Virus record (IMG/VR): IMGVR_UViG_3300020045_008999
Location: 448,001-512,000 of that record
Reading direction: 5' to 3' (one strand)
Origin: a virus
Taxonomy: Duplodnaviria > Heunggongvirae > Uroviricota > Caudoviricetes
Length of the DNA stretch: 64,000 bases
A program made the translations under genes and the position numbers. Below, in pieces: positions 19,557-30,800 of this stretch (positions are counted from its first letter, which is position 1; the number at the start of each line of letters is the position of its first letter). Below the pieces are notes generated by a model that was not told the origin of the DNA, did no database searches, and saw only the letters and a program-made list of their open reading frames with translations.

Positions 19557-21398
19557 ATGAGACTTAAAAAATTCGGGGACTTTAATGTAAAATCCACACC
19601 AATAAATGAAGATATCAAACAAGCTAAAGCTTTTTTGAGAAAACGCATAAAAACAGAGGGAGACAAGCCATCTGATGAAGAAATTTTCGCTGCCGAAAAT
19701 GATCCAAATTTTCTTAAAATTAAAAAAATGTTGGACAAGCATCCAGGATATGTGTATTCATTTACGAAATTTTTCTTTGCGGATAATGTACCGTTAAATG
19801 AACTAGAGACCGCATATAAAAGACTTCAGTCATATAAGAATTCAAAAAACATCAAACCGATCACAGAATATGCGAAAGTAGTGCCAGATGATTTAGATCC
19901 GAGATCTGGGTTTGAGCGAATGACTGATGATTTAGATAACGCGGATACGGATAAAGTTGTTGCTGAGTTTGTAGCACAATTCCCAGGTGCTTTTGTTGTT
20001 AAGGTTGGTGCAAACCAAGGTAGAGAAGTACCATCCATAAAAGATGAGTATAGAAAAGCATCACAGACAATAAAAGATAAAGTAAAGGGTATTGCCCTTG
20101 CATTCGAAACAGTATGTACTGATGAAGATGGGAACGTAGATGTGAAAGCATGTATGAGTAATAAATTAGTCTTTTACAAATCAACAAAAAGATACCAGAG
20201 TTTGAACGAACTTTTAAATGCGGCAAATGCTAATTTAAAATCAGCAAATAATCTTGGTGTATCTAAAATGATAAAATCAATTTCGATGGTTAATGATAAA
20301 TATGGTGAAATAAACGGTGCCGAAATTGTATTTAATGAAAATGAAATTTTAGTTGTTGAAATTAGATCATTCCAAGCAAATAGATTGTTAAATGCAAATA
20401 CCAAACACTGTATTAAGGACACCATAAGTTATTGGAATTCATATATTGGTGGTGATGATATGTATACTAAGCAATATTATATTTATAATTTCAATTTATT
20501 ACCATCTGAAAATAACAGTGTAATTGGAGTGACTATCGATAAAAAACATGACATTTACGCAGCACACGCCAAAGATGATGGTGATGTAAAATCAAGTCTA
20601 AAACGTTTATTAACTTCTTTCAAATCTACATATGACTTATCCGGTGATATCTACAATGAAGTATTGATACCAATGACTGAAAGTGAAATTGAGATGAAAC
20701 GCAGACGTGTTGTTGCAAACAGAGAACTTGTTAAACCTAATTTAACAATTGGTCAATTAACTCAATATATCAAAGATGGTGGAGATCCAAACGTAAACAA
20801 CGGAACTCCTTTAGTAAATGCGATTAAAGCAAATGAAATTGAAATTGCACAAGAATTAATTACAAATTTAGGCGCAATAACAGATATCGGTTCAGCATCA
20901 GAGTATCCAATCAAATATTCAACTTCATTTGATATGATCAAAATGTTGGTTGAACACGATGCCACTATATCATCTGCATTAATAAACCAAGAGAATATTT
21001 TAGGTGATCCAGAAATTATGAAGTTTCTATTAGAAAATGGTGCAAATCCAAATGATGGTAAAGGATTGTCAATCAGAAATGCAGCTAAGAAAGGATATGC
21101 CAAAACAATTGCATTATTAATCGAATATGGTGGAAATTTGGATTCAAGAGCTGGACTAACGGTAAATGTTACTCTAGAACATGCCGATCCGGAATGTTCA
21201 AGAATAGTAGTTGATTATTTAGCTGATCACAAAATGTTATCAGCAGAAAAAATGGAAAAGACTATGAAATGGCTTACCCGTTCAAGTAAAATAAAAAAAG
21301 AAGACAAGCTCATGATTTTCACTATGATCAAAGACAAGTGCGTCGAAGTAGGCGAAGAACATGAATATATCGATGAAGCATTATCAACATTAGAATAA
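19557..21398 (+). CDS. Ankyrin-repeat-containing putative head-internal protein
   Basis: GGDPNVNNGTPLVNAI and LLENGANPN...SIRNAAKKG...LLIEYGG; N-terminus MRLKKFGDF...INE. Confidence 0.75.
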   Translation: MRLKKFGDFNVKSTPINEDIKQAKAFLRKRIKTEGDKPSDEEIFAAENDPNFLKIKKMLDKHPGYVYSFTKFFFADNVPLNELETAYKRLQSYKNSKNIKPITEYAKVVPDDLDPRSGFERMTDDLDNADTDKVVAEFVAQFPGAFVVKVGANQGREVPSIKDEYRKASQTIKDKVKGIALAFETVCTDEDGNVDVKACMSNKLVFYKSTKRYQSLNELLNAANANLKSANNLGVSKMIKSISMVNDKYGEINGAEIVFNENEILVVEIRSFQANRLLNANTKHCIKDTISYWNSYIGGDDMYTKQYYIYNFNLLPSENNSVIGVTIDKKHDIYAAHAKDDGDVKSSLKRLLTSFKSTYDLSGDIYNEVLIPMTESEIEMKRRRVVANRELVKPNLTIGQLTQYIKDGGDPNVNNGTPLVNAIKANEIEIAQELITNLGAITDIGSASEYPIKYSTSFDMIKMLVEHDATISSALINQENILGDPEIMKFLLENGANPNDGKGLSIRNAAKKGYAKTIALLIEYGGNLDSRAGLTVNVTLEHADPECSRIVVDYLADHKMLSAEKMEKTMKWLTRSSKIKKEDKLMIFTMIKDKCVEVGEEHEYIDEALSTLE

Positions 21399-21414
21399 TA
21401 TTCAAACTCGAAAT

Positions 21415-21447
21415 AAAAAATCACATCTTATCGGATGTGATTTTTTT
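21415..21447 (+). terminator. Intrinsic terminator
   Basis: AAAAAATCACATC-ttatcg-GATGTGATTTTTT. Confidence 0.75.
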
Positions 21448-21475
21448 ATATATACACTAAAAAATAATATTATCT

Positions 21476-21832
21476 ATGCAAAGACCAGAAGTAAGAATTG
21501 TTTCAAAACAAGAAGAGATAACGATCGAGGAAACTAACATATCTCAGTATGAAATTGATAATATGATGGCAAAATATGGTTATACACAACCACACCACAC
21601 CCCGGTTACACATAATCCAGATTCTGAACTAACCTTTGAAGAATTAATAAATAGGGAAGAAGCTATAGCTCGCAAATATGATACCCAATCACAATACCCC
21701 CCAGTGTTTACATTCGACCCTAATAAGATGAGATACCAATCATCATCATATGGGAGTGATGACGAATGTGGTGTGGGTTTTAAAATTACAATAACATCGG
21801 ACATGGATATAAATGGAAATATGTATAAATAA
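21476..21832 (+). CDS. Hypothetical protein
   Basis: 118 aa ORF flanked by a TATATA motif and a terminator. Confidence 0.6.
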   Translation: MQRPEVRIVSKQEEITIEETNISQYEIDNMMAKYGYTQPHHTPVTHNPDSELTFEELINREEAIARKYDTQSQYPPVFTFDPNKMRYQSSSYGSDDECGVGFKITITSDMDINGNMYK

Positions 21833-21861
21833 AAAACACCCACTTAAAGTGGGTGTTTTTT
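21831..21861. terminator. Bidirectional terminator
   Basis: AAAAAACACCCACTT-a-AAGTGGGTGTTTTTT between convergent genes. Confidence 0.8.
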
Positions 21862-22218
21862 CTAATTACTTTCGTCAGATTCACTGGGTTCGTCATCAGA
21901 ATCTTCGTATTTTATGATAAAATCTTCACACTTACTGATACTGTCTTCTATACAAGCAAAAGCTTTAACAATTAAATGCCGATCTAAGTCATTAAGAAGT
22001 CCACTATCAAATGTAGCTTGTGCAACATTAATCAGTATATTCAAAGCAGTTGTATTATCAATGATGTCGGTATTAATGATGTCATTAATTGCATTCATTT
22101 GAGCAACCATCCCAGGATCCATGTCATCAGTTATTTGAATTTTTTCACCATCATAATATACTTCATCAACACCTAGGTCAGCATTTACCGGATCTATTTC
22201 TTGAATATTTTTTTTCAT
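21862..22218 (-). CDS. Acidic hypothetical protein
   Basis: 118 aa ORF immediately downstream of the S1 gene. Confidence 0.6.
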   Translation of the reverse strand: MKKNIQEIDPVNADLGVDEVYYDGEKIQITDDMDPGMVAQMNAINDIINTDIIDNTTALNILINVAQATFDSGLLNDLDRHLIVKAFACIEDSISKCEDFIIKYEDSDDEPSESDESN

Positions 22219-22219
22219 A

Positions 22220-23296
22220 TTAAACTATAGATAATGTTATTTTACGAGTTAAACGATCAACAGTCAAAACCTTAACTTTTACGGTTTGTCCAGTTTGTAA
22301 TTTTTTATCACTTTTAGCCACATCGTCATTAGTTATCAAGCCGGTAGTCTCACCGTCTAAGATAATAAGTGTGCCAATTTTATTATCATCTTTTACAATC
22401 CCCGACAATTTTTGGCCCGGTGTAATAGTATCCCATAAGGTTACTTTTAAAACTTGTGTTAAAAATATTTTATTTTTAAACACCTCTTTGATATAAAATT
22501 CAATTCCAACCCCTGGTTTAATATCACTGATATTGTAATCCGGATTTAAATTACTTTTATGTATCATACCGGTTAAACATTGATTGAATTCAACAAATAC
22601 CCCAAAATCGGTAGATCCAGTTACTGTCCCGGACATTAACTCACCGTTGTTTAATCTAGAAACCGCTTCCGGTATTAATGTTTGTAAATACTTTCTTCGG
22701 CTCATTATATAAGTACCCTCATCACTAGAGAATGATTCAATACCTAATTCTAAAGATGTCCCAACAATAGCTTCTGGTGATATAAGACGGTTGATGCCGG
22801 CAAGCGTATTTGGCATGAATCCATTAAGATCAACTCCCATATAATTGAAGACTACGCTAAATCCAGCCGGTGACATATCTTTAATAAAGCCCATAACATA
22901 TTCATCAATTTCAGATGATGCCAAATGTTCATGTACTTTATTAGTGTATATTTGAGCTACACTCCCTTTGATCATGAAATTCTTTTCGAAAACTTCGGTA
23001 ATTATTACATCAACTGAATCACCAATTTCAAGAGTGGCAATTAATCTAGCTTCGGTAGTTTTATTATCGACTCTGACAAAATCTTTTAGATGACCATCGA
23101 AAAGAAAATATTCGTCATTGCTACCATAATAGTTCAGTGAAATAATATCACCCGGTTTTGGTTGATTATACTCGTGTAGATCGTACAATCCAAGCAAAAT
23201 TTTATCTTCTGCATTTAAAACTCTTTCAGAGTATCCCTTTGTACCAAACGTTGTTCCTTCATAGTCAAAATCCGGAATAATTTGCTCATTCTTCAT
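22220..23296 (-). CDS. rpsA: Ribosomal protein S1-like protein (about 4 S1 domains)
   Basis: GTVTGSTDFGVFVEFNQCLTGMIHKSNL, GFMP...IMSRRKYL, GQTVKVKVLTVDRLTRKITLS. Confidence 0.8.
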   Translation of the reverse strand: MKNEQIIPDFDYEGTTFGTKGYSERVLNAEDKILLGLYDLHEYNQPKPGDIISLNYYGSNDEYFLFDGHLKDFVRVDNKTTEARLIATLEIGDSVDVIITEVFEKNFMIKGSVAQIYTNKVHEHLASSEIDEYVMGFIKDMSPAGFSVVFNYMGVDLNGFMPNTLAGINRLISPEAIVGTSLELGIESFSSDEGTYIMSRRKYLQTLIPEAVSRLNNGELMSGTVTGSTDFGVFVEFNQCLTGMIHKSNLNPDYNISDIKPGVGIEFYIKEVFKNKIFLTQVLKVTLWDTITPGQKLSGIVKDDNKIGTLIILDGETTGLITNDDVAKSDKKLQTGQTVKVKVLTVDRLTRKITLSIV

Positions 23297-23344
23297 ATAT
23301 ATTATTTTTTAGTTAATGGTTATATATGATTTTGTTATTAAAGT

Positions 23345-24025
23345 TTATATTTTATTGAAAATTAAATTAAAATAATAATCAAATCCAAATTGTTTATAAT
23401 CTTGAATCTGCTTGAACTGTATTTTCATTATCGAATAATCCGAATTAAAAACTAAAGTAGTATTTAACACTTGTGTATTTTTCACTGTATTATAGCCATA
23501 TACATTACTTCCAATCAATCTACCACTTTCACTAAGACTTACATAATTGACATATAATTCAACTTTATCAAATGCATATCTATTCATTATATTTTCGCGT
23601 ATATAATCACGTATTGATAAGTCAACATCATTATTAAGTAAGTTAGGATTTAAAACATTCGTGAATATCCGACTTCGTTTAATATTACCAAAAATATATT
23701 CTTGAAGTATTTTACGCAAATCAACTTCAACCACCCATGTCACATATCCACTATCTACACCAACCGAAGTATCCTTATACATTACATGATTCAGTTTCTT
23801 TACCATATTCAAATCAACTACATTTGGAACGTTCCGCTGCTCATTAGCAAAATCGATTTGCTCATTTGCCGAATTTTGATAATATGAAATTACTTCGTTA
23901 TCAATATATAAATTATTGGGCAATTCCATCATTTTTGAACCGAAAAAAGTACTATGTTCTTTCATATTTAACAATCCACCGACTTTGTTATACTGATACT
24001 CTGGTGATATATATGTTCGTTTCAT
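23345..24025 (-). CDS. Hypothetical (probable virion) protein
   Basis: 226 aa ORF, last gene of the large structural operon. Confidence 0.6.
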   Translation of the reverse strand: MKRTYISPEYQYNKVGGLLNMKEHSTFFGSKMMELPNNLYIDNEVISYYQNSANEQIDFANEQRNVPNVVDLNMVKKLNHVMYKDTSVGVDSGYVTWVVEVDLRKILQEYIFGNIKRSRIFTNVLNPNLLNNDVDLSIRDYIRENIMNRYAFDKVELYVNYVSLSESGRLIGSNVYGYNTVKNTQVLNTTLVFNSDYSIMKIQFKQIQDYKQFGFDYYFNLIFNKI

Positions 24026-27000
24026 TAGTTGTTTATTTTATTAGTTGTTGTAGTAGGGACTACTTCTAAGTAATATTGCGTGTCCCAATTTGATTTAAAT
24101 ATGAATAAATCCATTACAGAATAACCAAATTCGTCTATCATTGGATATATAGATTGGGTATCTTTAGCATTTCGCAATTTTAAAATATTATTTTTTCGAT
24201 TTACCTTGGAAATCACTAATTCACGAACCATACCAAAATTTACTAACGTAGTGTCAAATTTATAATTCCCGCTTTTATTAATATTAGTCTCAAACAATTC
24301 AATTTTTTGAAAAATAGGCGAATATACACCGGAATGTCTAAACATACTATTATAAACTACATTATTCAATCCATGATACCCACTAACCAAATTAGATTCG
24401 GATGTTCTTTTGTTAATATTCGTTGCGAGTCCAATACCACCGTTGTACCAATTCAATTTTTCATAAGATGATACATTTGATTTATCTAATTGCTTAGATA
24501 TACTAAATTTATTCATATTTAACTGAATATTATTATACTCCAATGATCCGATCAACGTATAAAATTGATCCGGTTTATCAATTGATAAGTAAGTAGGTAT
24601 TTTATGTATATTATTACCATCATAATAATCATATGATCCATTTTCATTAATTACCACGTAACGAATCGATTCAGAAAACCCATTTGTTTTATTCAAATTA
24701 TTAACAACTTCAATGAAATTATTTGCAGTCAATTTTCCATATTCATAAGAGTACAAATTATCGCGCACTACATCCGATATATTCTTCAAAACACCATCGG
24801 ATGAAGTTATATTAATGAAAACATTCTTCCATTTATTATTTATGTAGATTGTTATATAGTTATCAACGGTAGATCCATTTGCGCCAGATATATAATACCC
24901 ACTATTCATTTGGACAATATAACCCATTTCATATAAGTAGTTATTATCAATTTCAAACGAGTGTATTTTGGTCCATACCAAGTTATTATACCCAGGTTCA
25001 CTATTATCCAAATCAGTGCGGGACAATTTATACAAAATTCTATCATTAACCACACATGAGTTAATCACATAAGAGGTGTTAGGCTGCCATACGGGTATAG
25101 TTTTCCATTTCTCAACATCACCAATGGTTAATACATAGTCTTCCCATACCGGACTGTTTCCGGGCTCAGCAACAGCCATACTAACAACCACATTATTAAT
25201 ATTATAACGATATAATTTTCCCAATCGATATACTATGGACCCATCAGCATATTCAAAGGCAGATAATGGGTTCCAAAAATCAATCACATCACTATCCAAT
25301 GATGCCAATTGTCGATATTCACCATCATAGAAAACAATATCACCAATAGCTGGATTTACCGAGTACAATGGTGTCCACACACCATAAAAATTACTATTAG
25401 TAGAATTCGATATACCACTACCCAATACCCATTGGTCCGAATTGGCCGGATTAATATTTGGGTCACTTTCAAATATAATATTACCAACCGTCGGCGCACA
25501 GTTCCATAGTGTCCCATAGTGGTTAACCACATCACCTCTGTTATAATTAATACCATGTTCATAAACGGTGATAGGTACCCACTCACATTCCGCTGGGGTG
25601 TCCATCAAGCCAGTTTTGTCCAACACTTTATCATTATTAGAAAACAATATACTCAATTTATACTCACCATGCGACACACTAGGCACCAAATTCATATCAG
25701 TTATGCCATACCCATCCATTATAATAGAACGAACATCATAAATATTGAATTTCATGCCCCTAAACACGCTATTATCCGGGGTTACACCATCACCATTGTT
25801 AAACGACGACCATTTATTAGTCGATACTGATCCAAATTTATATTCAACGGATTTACCAAAATAATAAGTGAAATAGTCACCACTATACCCACCCATATTT
25901 AGATATTTCTCTAAATCAAAATCATGATTAATATGCAATGAGTGACCGTCATATATTTTGCTACGTTCCTCGGACATTATGGTATAAAAGTAGTCTAAAT
26001 TCCGATCCGAACGATCGGGTAATTCGGAATAAACATTAACACATCTATTGAATTCCTCACCTATTATTGAATTATTCAACAAATGTGGATAATCATGACA
26101 TCCAATCGAATTATCATATCCCCACTTCACCCATTTTGGATTTTTTCGCCACAATGTGCTGAGATCCCCATTCTCAATTTGAAATATTTCAGAATTTCCA
26201 ACGAATTCCGAACTAACCGGTATATTTACCATTACATTATTAATCGTAAATTCATCCATTTCTGGTGGATTTGATGTAGATGCATAGTCCGTGTAATATA
26301 TTTTACTCTCGTCAGTTCGCACCAATGATTCAGCAATTTCGTATTCAAAATCGGCATATTTCGTATTCAGAATACTATTATCAATCGATTTAATATCACT
26401 AAAATTGCATCGATATATTTTAAACGTTTTGGGTGAGTTACCACCAAGTCTCATATCTACATCAATTGTAATATTACCACCACCAGAGGACAAATTTAAA
26501 CCATTTGATGTTGTGGTAAATGCGTAGTCACTATTTATATATAATGTCCCACTAGAATCCATATTCAATTTTAATAAATTACTATCGATATCAATCAACC
26601 ATAAATCAGCGGTTGCAAAATCCAATGACTCCATTACAGTACTAACACCATTGATAACACCATCTTGGGAAATAGTTATTACATTTTTATTAAAATCAGC
26701 ATTTGTCTTACCTACATAGCTTTTATCGGAAACAATTCTCCATTTGGCGATGGTTTTTATTGAATTATTCTGAATAATCACATCCCCGTCAACATTCACT
26801 ATCCCATATCCTACAACATCATCAAATTTCACAACTTGGCTATATATCCCATCAATTTCAATATAATAAATTGAAGCCAAATTCGCATCAATAAATGGTG
26901 TATCAAAGCCTGGATGACTCAATACATTATTATCCAAGACGGTAATTCCAGAAACTAATTCAATAGGTCGATATACGGTCACACGTTTGAAAAGTTCCAG

Positions 27001-27831
27001 GTCATCGAAATAAAATCCCATATATCGGTTAAGCGACCATTTATTTACCGCCAATGGGGTACTTGGCGTATCATCAAACAGGAAACTAATATTTAATATG
27101 TTGGGGAATGCAATGCTATTACTGGAATATAGGTCATATAAATATGAATTCATCCCATGAAACGTATTCTCACTTGATAATACATCCGAAGTCATTAATG
27201 ATTTAGTTACATACCCGCCCCCGTAAACATCAATACCACTGATGGTAGAAAAATACCCATCTCGAAAATCAACATTCAACGAATTAACAATTCGGTAATC
27301 ATTATCTACATAATTTTTATACATCCAATCACCGAACACCGAACTTCGGTTCATATCAAATGATTTTACTACTTTCATATTATTTACAATCTCAACTAAG
27401 AAATTATCCTTATCAAGGTTAATATTACCGGGTCCATCAACTCTAAATATTATAAAATTAGACGGTAAATCACCACTCACATAAAGCGGTGCGAAGTATT
27501 CATATTCCTCAGAATATCCTTTGTTGTTATAAATATTTCTAGCCCCCATGTGATACAAATCATCAATTTGCCCATGGAATGTGGTCCCCATATTGCTATT
27601 ATCCGAATCATATTTCACATCAAAGAAAATATCACTTGGGATTTTATTAGCAAATAAAGATAATGTCTCATCGTATAGGCTATCTTTATTAAATTCATAT
27701 TTTTTATATGACAAACCAGATAATGCAACATTACTATCAATTGATTCCAGAAACATTCGATTTCCGGAATCAATCATTACTTTGGTATTAGTAGTCAACC
27801 CTACATTTGTTTTTAATATTGAAAAACTCAT
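24025..27831 (-). CDS. Large virion protein with carbohydrate-binding-module-like repeats
   Basis: Repeats such as YNRGDVVNHYGTLW, YADGSIVYRLGKLY and WQPNTSYVINSCVVNDRILY resemble CBM5/12. Confidence 0.6.
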   Translation of the reverse strand: MSFSILKTNVGLTTNTKVMIDSGNRMFLESIDSNVALSGLSYKKYEFNKDSLYDETLSLFANKIPSDIFFDVKYDSDNSNMGTTFHGQIDDLYHMGARNIYNNKGYSEEYEYFAPLYVSGDLPSNFIIFRVDGPGNINLDKDNFLVEIVNNMKVVKSFDMNRSSVFGDWMYKNYVDNDYRIVNSLNVDFRDGYFSTISGIDVYGGGYVTKSLMTSDVLSSENTFHGMNSYLYDLYSSNSIAFPNILNISFLFDDTPSTPLAVNKWSLNRYMGFYFDDLELFKRVTVYRPIELVSGITVLDNNVLSHPGFDTPFIDANLASIYYIEIDGIYSQVVKFDDVVGYGIVNVDGDVIIQNNSIKTIAKWRIVSDKSYVGKTNADFNKNVITISQDGVINGVSTVMESLDFATADLWLIDIDSNLLKLNMDSSGTLYINSDYAFTTTSNGLNLSSGGGNITIDVDMRLGGNSPKTFKIYRCNFSDIKSIDNSILNTKYADFEYEIAESLVRTDESKIYYTDYASTSNPPEMDEFTINNVMVNIPVSSEFVGNSEIFQIENGDLSTLWRKNPKWVKWGYDNSIGCHDYPHLLNNSIIGEEFNRCVNVYSELPDRSDRNLDYFYTIMSEERSKIYDGHSLHINHDFDLEKYLNMGGYSGDYFTYYFGKSVEYKFGSVSTNKWSSFNNGDGVTPDNSVFRGMKFNIYDVRSIIMDGYGITDMNLVPSVSHGEYKLSILFSNNDKVLDKTGLMDTPAECEWVPITVYEHGINYNRGDVVNHYGTLWNCAPTVGNIIFESDPNINPANSDQWVLGSGISNSTNSNFYGVWTPLYSVNPAIGDIVFYDGEYRQLASLDSDVIDFWNPLSAFEYADGSIVYRLGKLYRYNINNVVVSMAVAEPGNSPVWEDYVLTIGDVEKWKTIPVWQPNTSYVINSCVVNDRILYKLSRTDLDNSEPGYNNLVWTKIHSFEIDNNYLYEMGYIVQMNSGYYISGANGSTVDNYITIYINNKWKNVFINITSSDGVLKNISDVVRDNLYSYEYGKLTANNFIEVVNNLNKTNGFSESIRYVVINENGSYDYYDGNNIHKIPTYLSIDKPDQFYTLIGSLEYNNIQLNMNKFSISKQLDKSNVSSYEKLNWYNGGIGLATNINKRTSESNLVSGYHGLNNVVYNSMFRHSGVYSPIFQKIELFETNINKSGNYKFDTTLVNFGMVRELVISKVNRKNNILKLRNAKDTQSIYPMIDEFGYSVMDLFIFKSNWDTQYYLEVVPTTTTNKINN

Positions 27832-27832
27832 A

Positions 27833-30800
27833 TTATATATCGGTATTTGAATTGGTCGTACTTGATTTTGATCTACGTTGCTTCACACTTACATTTTGTA
27901 AACTGTCAGAAATACTAGGTACTGTTGATGTTGTTTTTTTAACAATTGTTCGGTTGCGATTAAGTACGAAAATTACAGTAAATACGAATGGTCTATTCTC
28001 AGACTCACTTTCCATAAAAAATTTTATTTTCTTGGTGTGTTTAATCGATTGTGTGAATTTATTCAAGTTAACATACTGAAAATCTTTACCAACCTTAGTA
28101 TTATCCAAAGCATTCATTTTAAAATACACATTAAGGGGAATGTTTATATCATCATTTTCATTAACTCCCACCACTTTAACCTTATCAGAATTCACCTCAA
28201 CTATATTACCTAAATCACTAACAACCGGATGCACACTGGATAATAACTTAGTCGTACTTGCAATTGATGTGCTTGGATCAATCCATTTTGATGAATCCAA
28301 TAATGAATTATTATTATTCACAAATGCTAGAACACTTTTATCAGAATATCCTAAATTAAACTCAGAAGATGCTAAAATATTGGTTATACTATTATTAGTG
28401 CTAAAATTATTTCCAATATTATCAGACAGTTTAACCGCATTATTCTGAGTGATTCCCTCATAATTAACCATCCATATAAATTGGTTGTCTAATTGAGTTT
28501 TAGTTCCCCCTGATACATTAGATGCGATCAATTCATTTTGATCATTTACCCAAAAAGACTGTGGTGCTGCAGGATTATAAATATCAGCCGATGAATAATC
28601 CCGCCCAGATAATAATCCTAATGGCGATTGAGTTGATTTATTCTTCACTTTAAGCATAAAGTCCTTAATTACATATATACTATTCGTATAAACTCTACCG
28701 GTTTGAATTCCGGTCCCGGTAAATGAATCAAGATAGTCCTCACACTCAATGTTAAATGTAATTTCACCGCCATTTTTCACCACAATTTGGTCATTGTTAC
28801 GGAATATTATAACTTCCAATTCACCAGTGGTTTTATTTATTTTTGCTTCTAATGTGCTTATCTTAGCTTCCAAATATTGTAAATATGCATACAAGTCAAT
28901 ATCCATTTTATTAGAATCCTTAAACCCTGATATAATATGTGATGCTTTGTGGTGGTATGTGGTATTATTAATTGTAGTAGTATCACTTAAATGCTCATCA
29001 ACCCCCTTAGCCGCCAAATCACTTTCAATTTGCACCTTCAAATCCTCACGCATGGCCTCTAATTTAATGGTCTCAACATCAATAGAAGCAACATTCATCT
29101 CACTTGGAAATTCACAAAGTAATGTATTGGACCAATCAGATTCAGTCAATGATGATGGGTATCCAACCTCAGAAATAGATTTAATTCGAATTTCAACACT
29201 CTCATTTGAACTAATAGGTATTTCTAGCTGATTCGAGTTAATAACATTACCATCACCAACTAAAGTAGTTTCCCATTTATAAGAATCCGTAGTTACATCA
29301 TATAGACGTTTTCTAGGCTCTGTTAAAAAATTATTCCATGGTGAAAATATTGCAGTTTGTTGCCCATTATCAGCCGCTAATTTATAAGTATCAGTACCAG
29401 ACTCTCTACCATCTAGCGTTAAATAGCGATACTCTATACGAAATTGTACAACCTCTTGTGGTGATGTACCAAATGCAATTGCCGCTGCTGGAATATTCCA
29501 AAAACCCCTAATTCTATATTTTGCAACATCATTATTAGATACCGCATTACTTTCCGATATAATATCAGTTACTAAACTTGATAATAATTTAGACTTGGAT
29601 TCTTTCTGTTTATTTAATTTGACAATTTCATTTTCAAACTGACTCTTTGCAGAATCAGAGGCAAATCTAGTAACGGTCAATTGTTTATTTTTATTCAAAA
29701 TAGCCTCACTCAGCTGTCCTATCTCAGACTTTAAACTAGTTTGTTGATTATATTTTGCTTTCAATGAACTTGATCCATTAGTATCAGTCAAATGTTTATT
29801 AATTTGCACCACTTTAAAACTTTCAGACGAAAGTACTGGTGCATTTGGTACTACTGCATAAATATTTGGAATATTTTTCTTAGTCAAATCACGCAAAACA
29901 GTACCATAATCATCCACCTTGGACACATAATACTGCGAAAGACTCATTCCATTATCACTATCCCCAGAATTTAACTTTAAATCACTAGTCCAATACCCAA
30001 TACCACCAGACCAGTTTTTAGATAAGATATGATTGTCGGTATTGATCGGTTTAATGAACAACACATTGCGCTCATTATAACCTACACTTACACGCAATTT
30101 TTTATTTTGAAATACGGGTGAATATACTTTCAATGTACCCACACCAACTGGAATCGGATCATTCCCTTCTAATCGCTCTAATCGTATTCTCGGATTAGTC
30201 ATAGTAGTAGAAATTTCGATAATTTTATACCGAGTCGTAGATTTATCAACATTGATTATTAATTCCATATTAACCACTAACTCACTAATAACATTTGTTA
30301 GAGTATTAACATATTTCAACGTATCTAAATGATACCATAACATATTATTTAAAGTGTCTTCTTCAATCGATAAAACACTATATTGCCCGTTATACGAAAG
30401 CCTATTAGACTCCATCTGAAAATCTTGTTCGTCATAGTTAATATTTGCAGAATTCTTAATACCCGGTGTAGTAAGCAACCAATTTACAAACTCGGTAATA
30501 TTAATATTAGACTGGTTTCGATACAAAGAGTTGAATGATGCTAGTGCAGTATTCCCATTCGCGGTCAGTGTACCACCAACATCTTCAAATTCAACAATAT
30601 ATCTTCTAATTTTACAAGCACTCACATTATCTTCAACTTTTCCACTAAGATCTAGGTCTATAAAAAGTTGTGGATTTAACAACGAATCAAAAAACCAGTT
30701 TTTACTAATGCTAAAATTACCAATAGGTTCTAATGTAGTTATATCATTAGGTTCTTTATTGAGATCAACGGTGATGACTTTCTTATACTTATTGCTGGCG

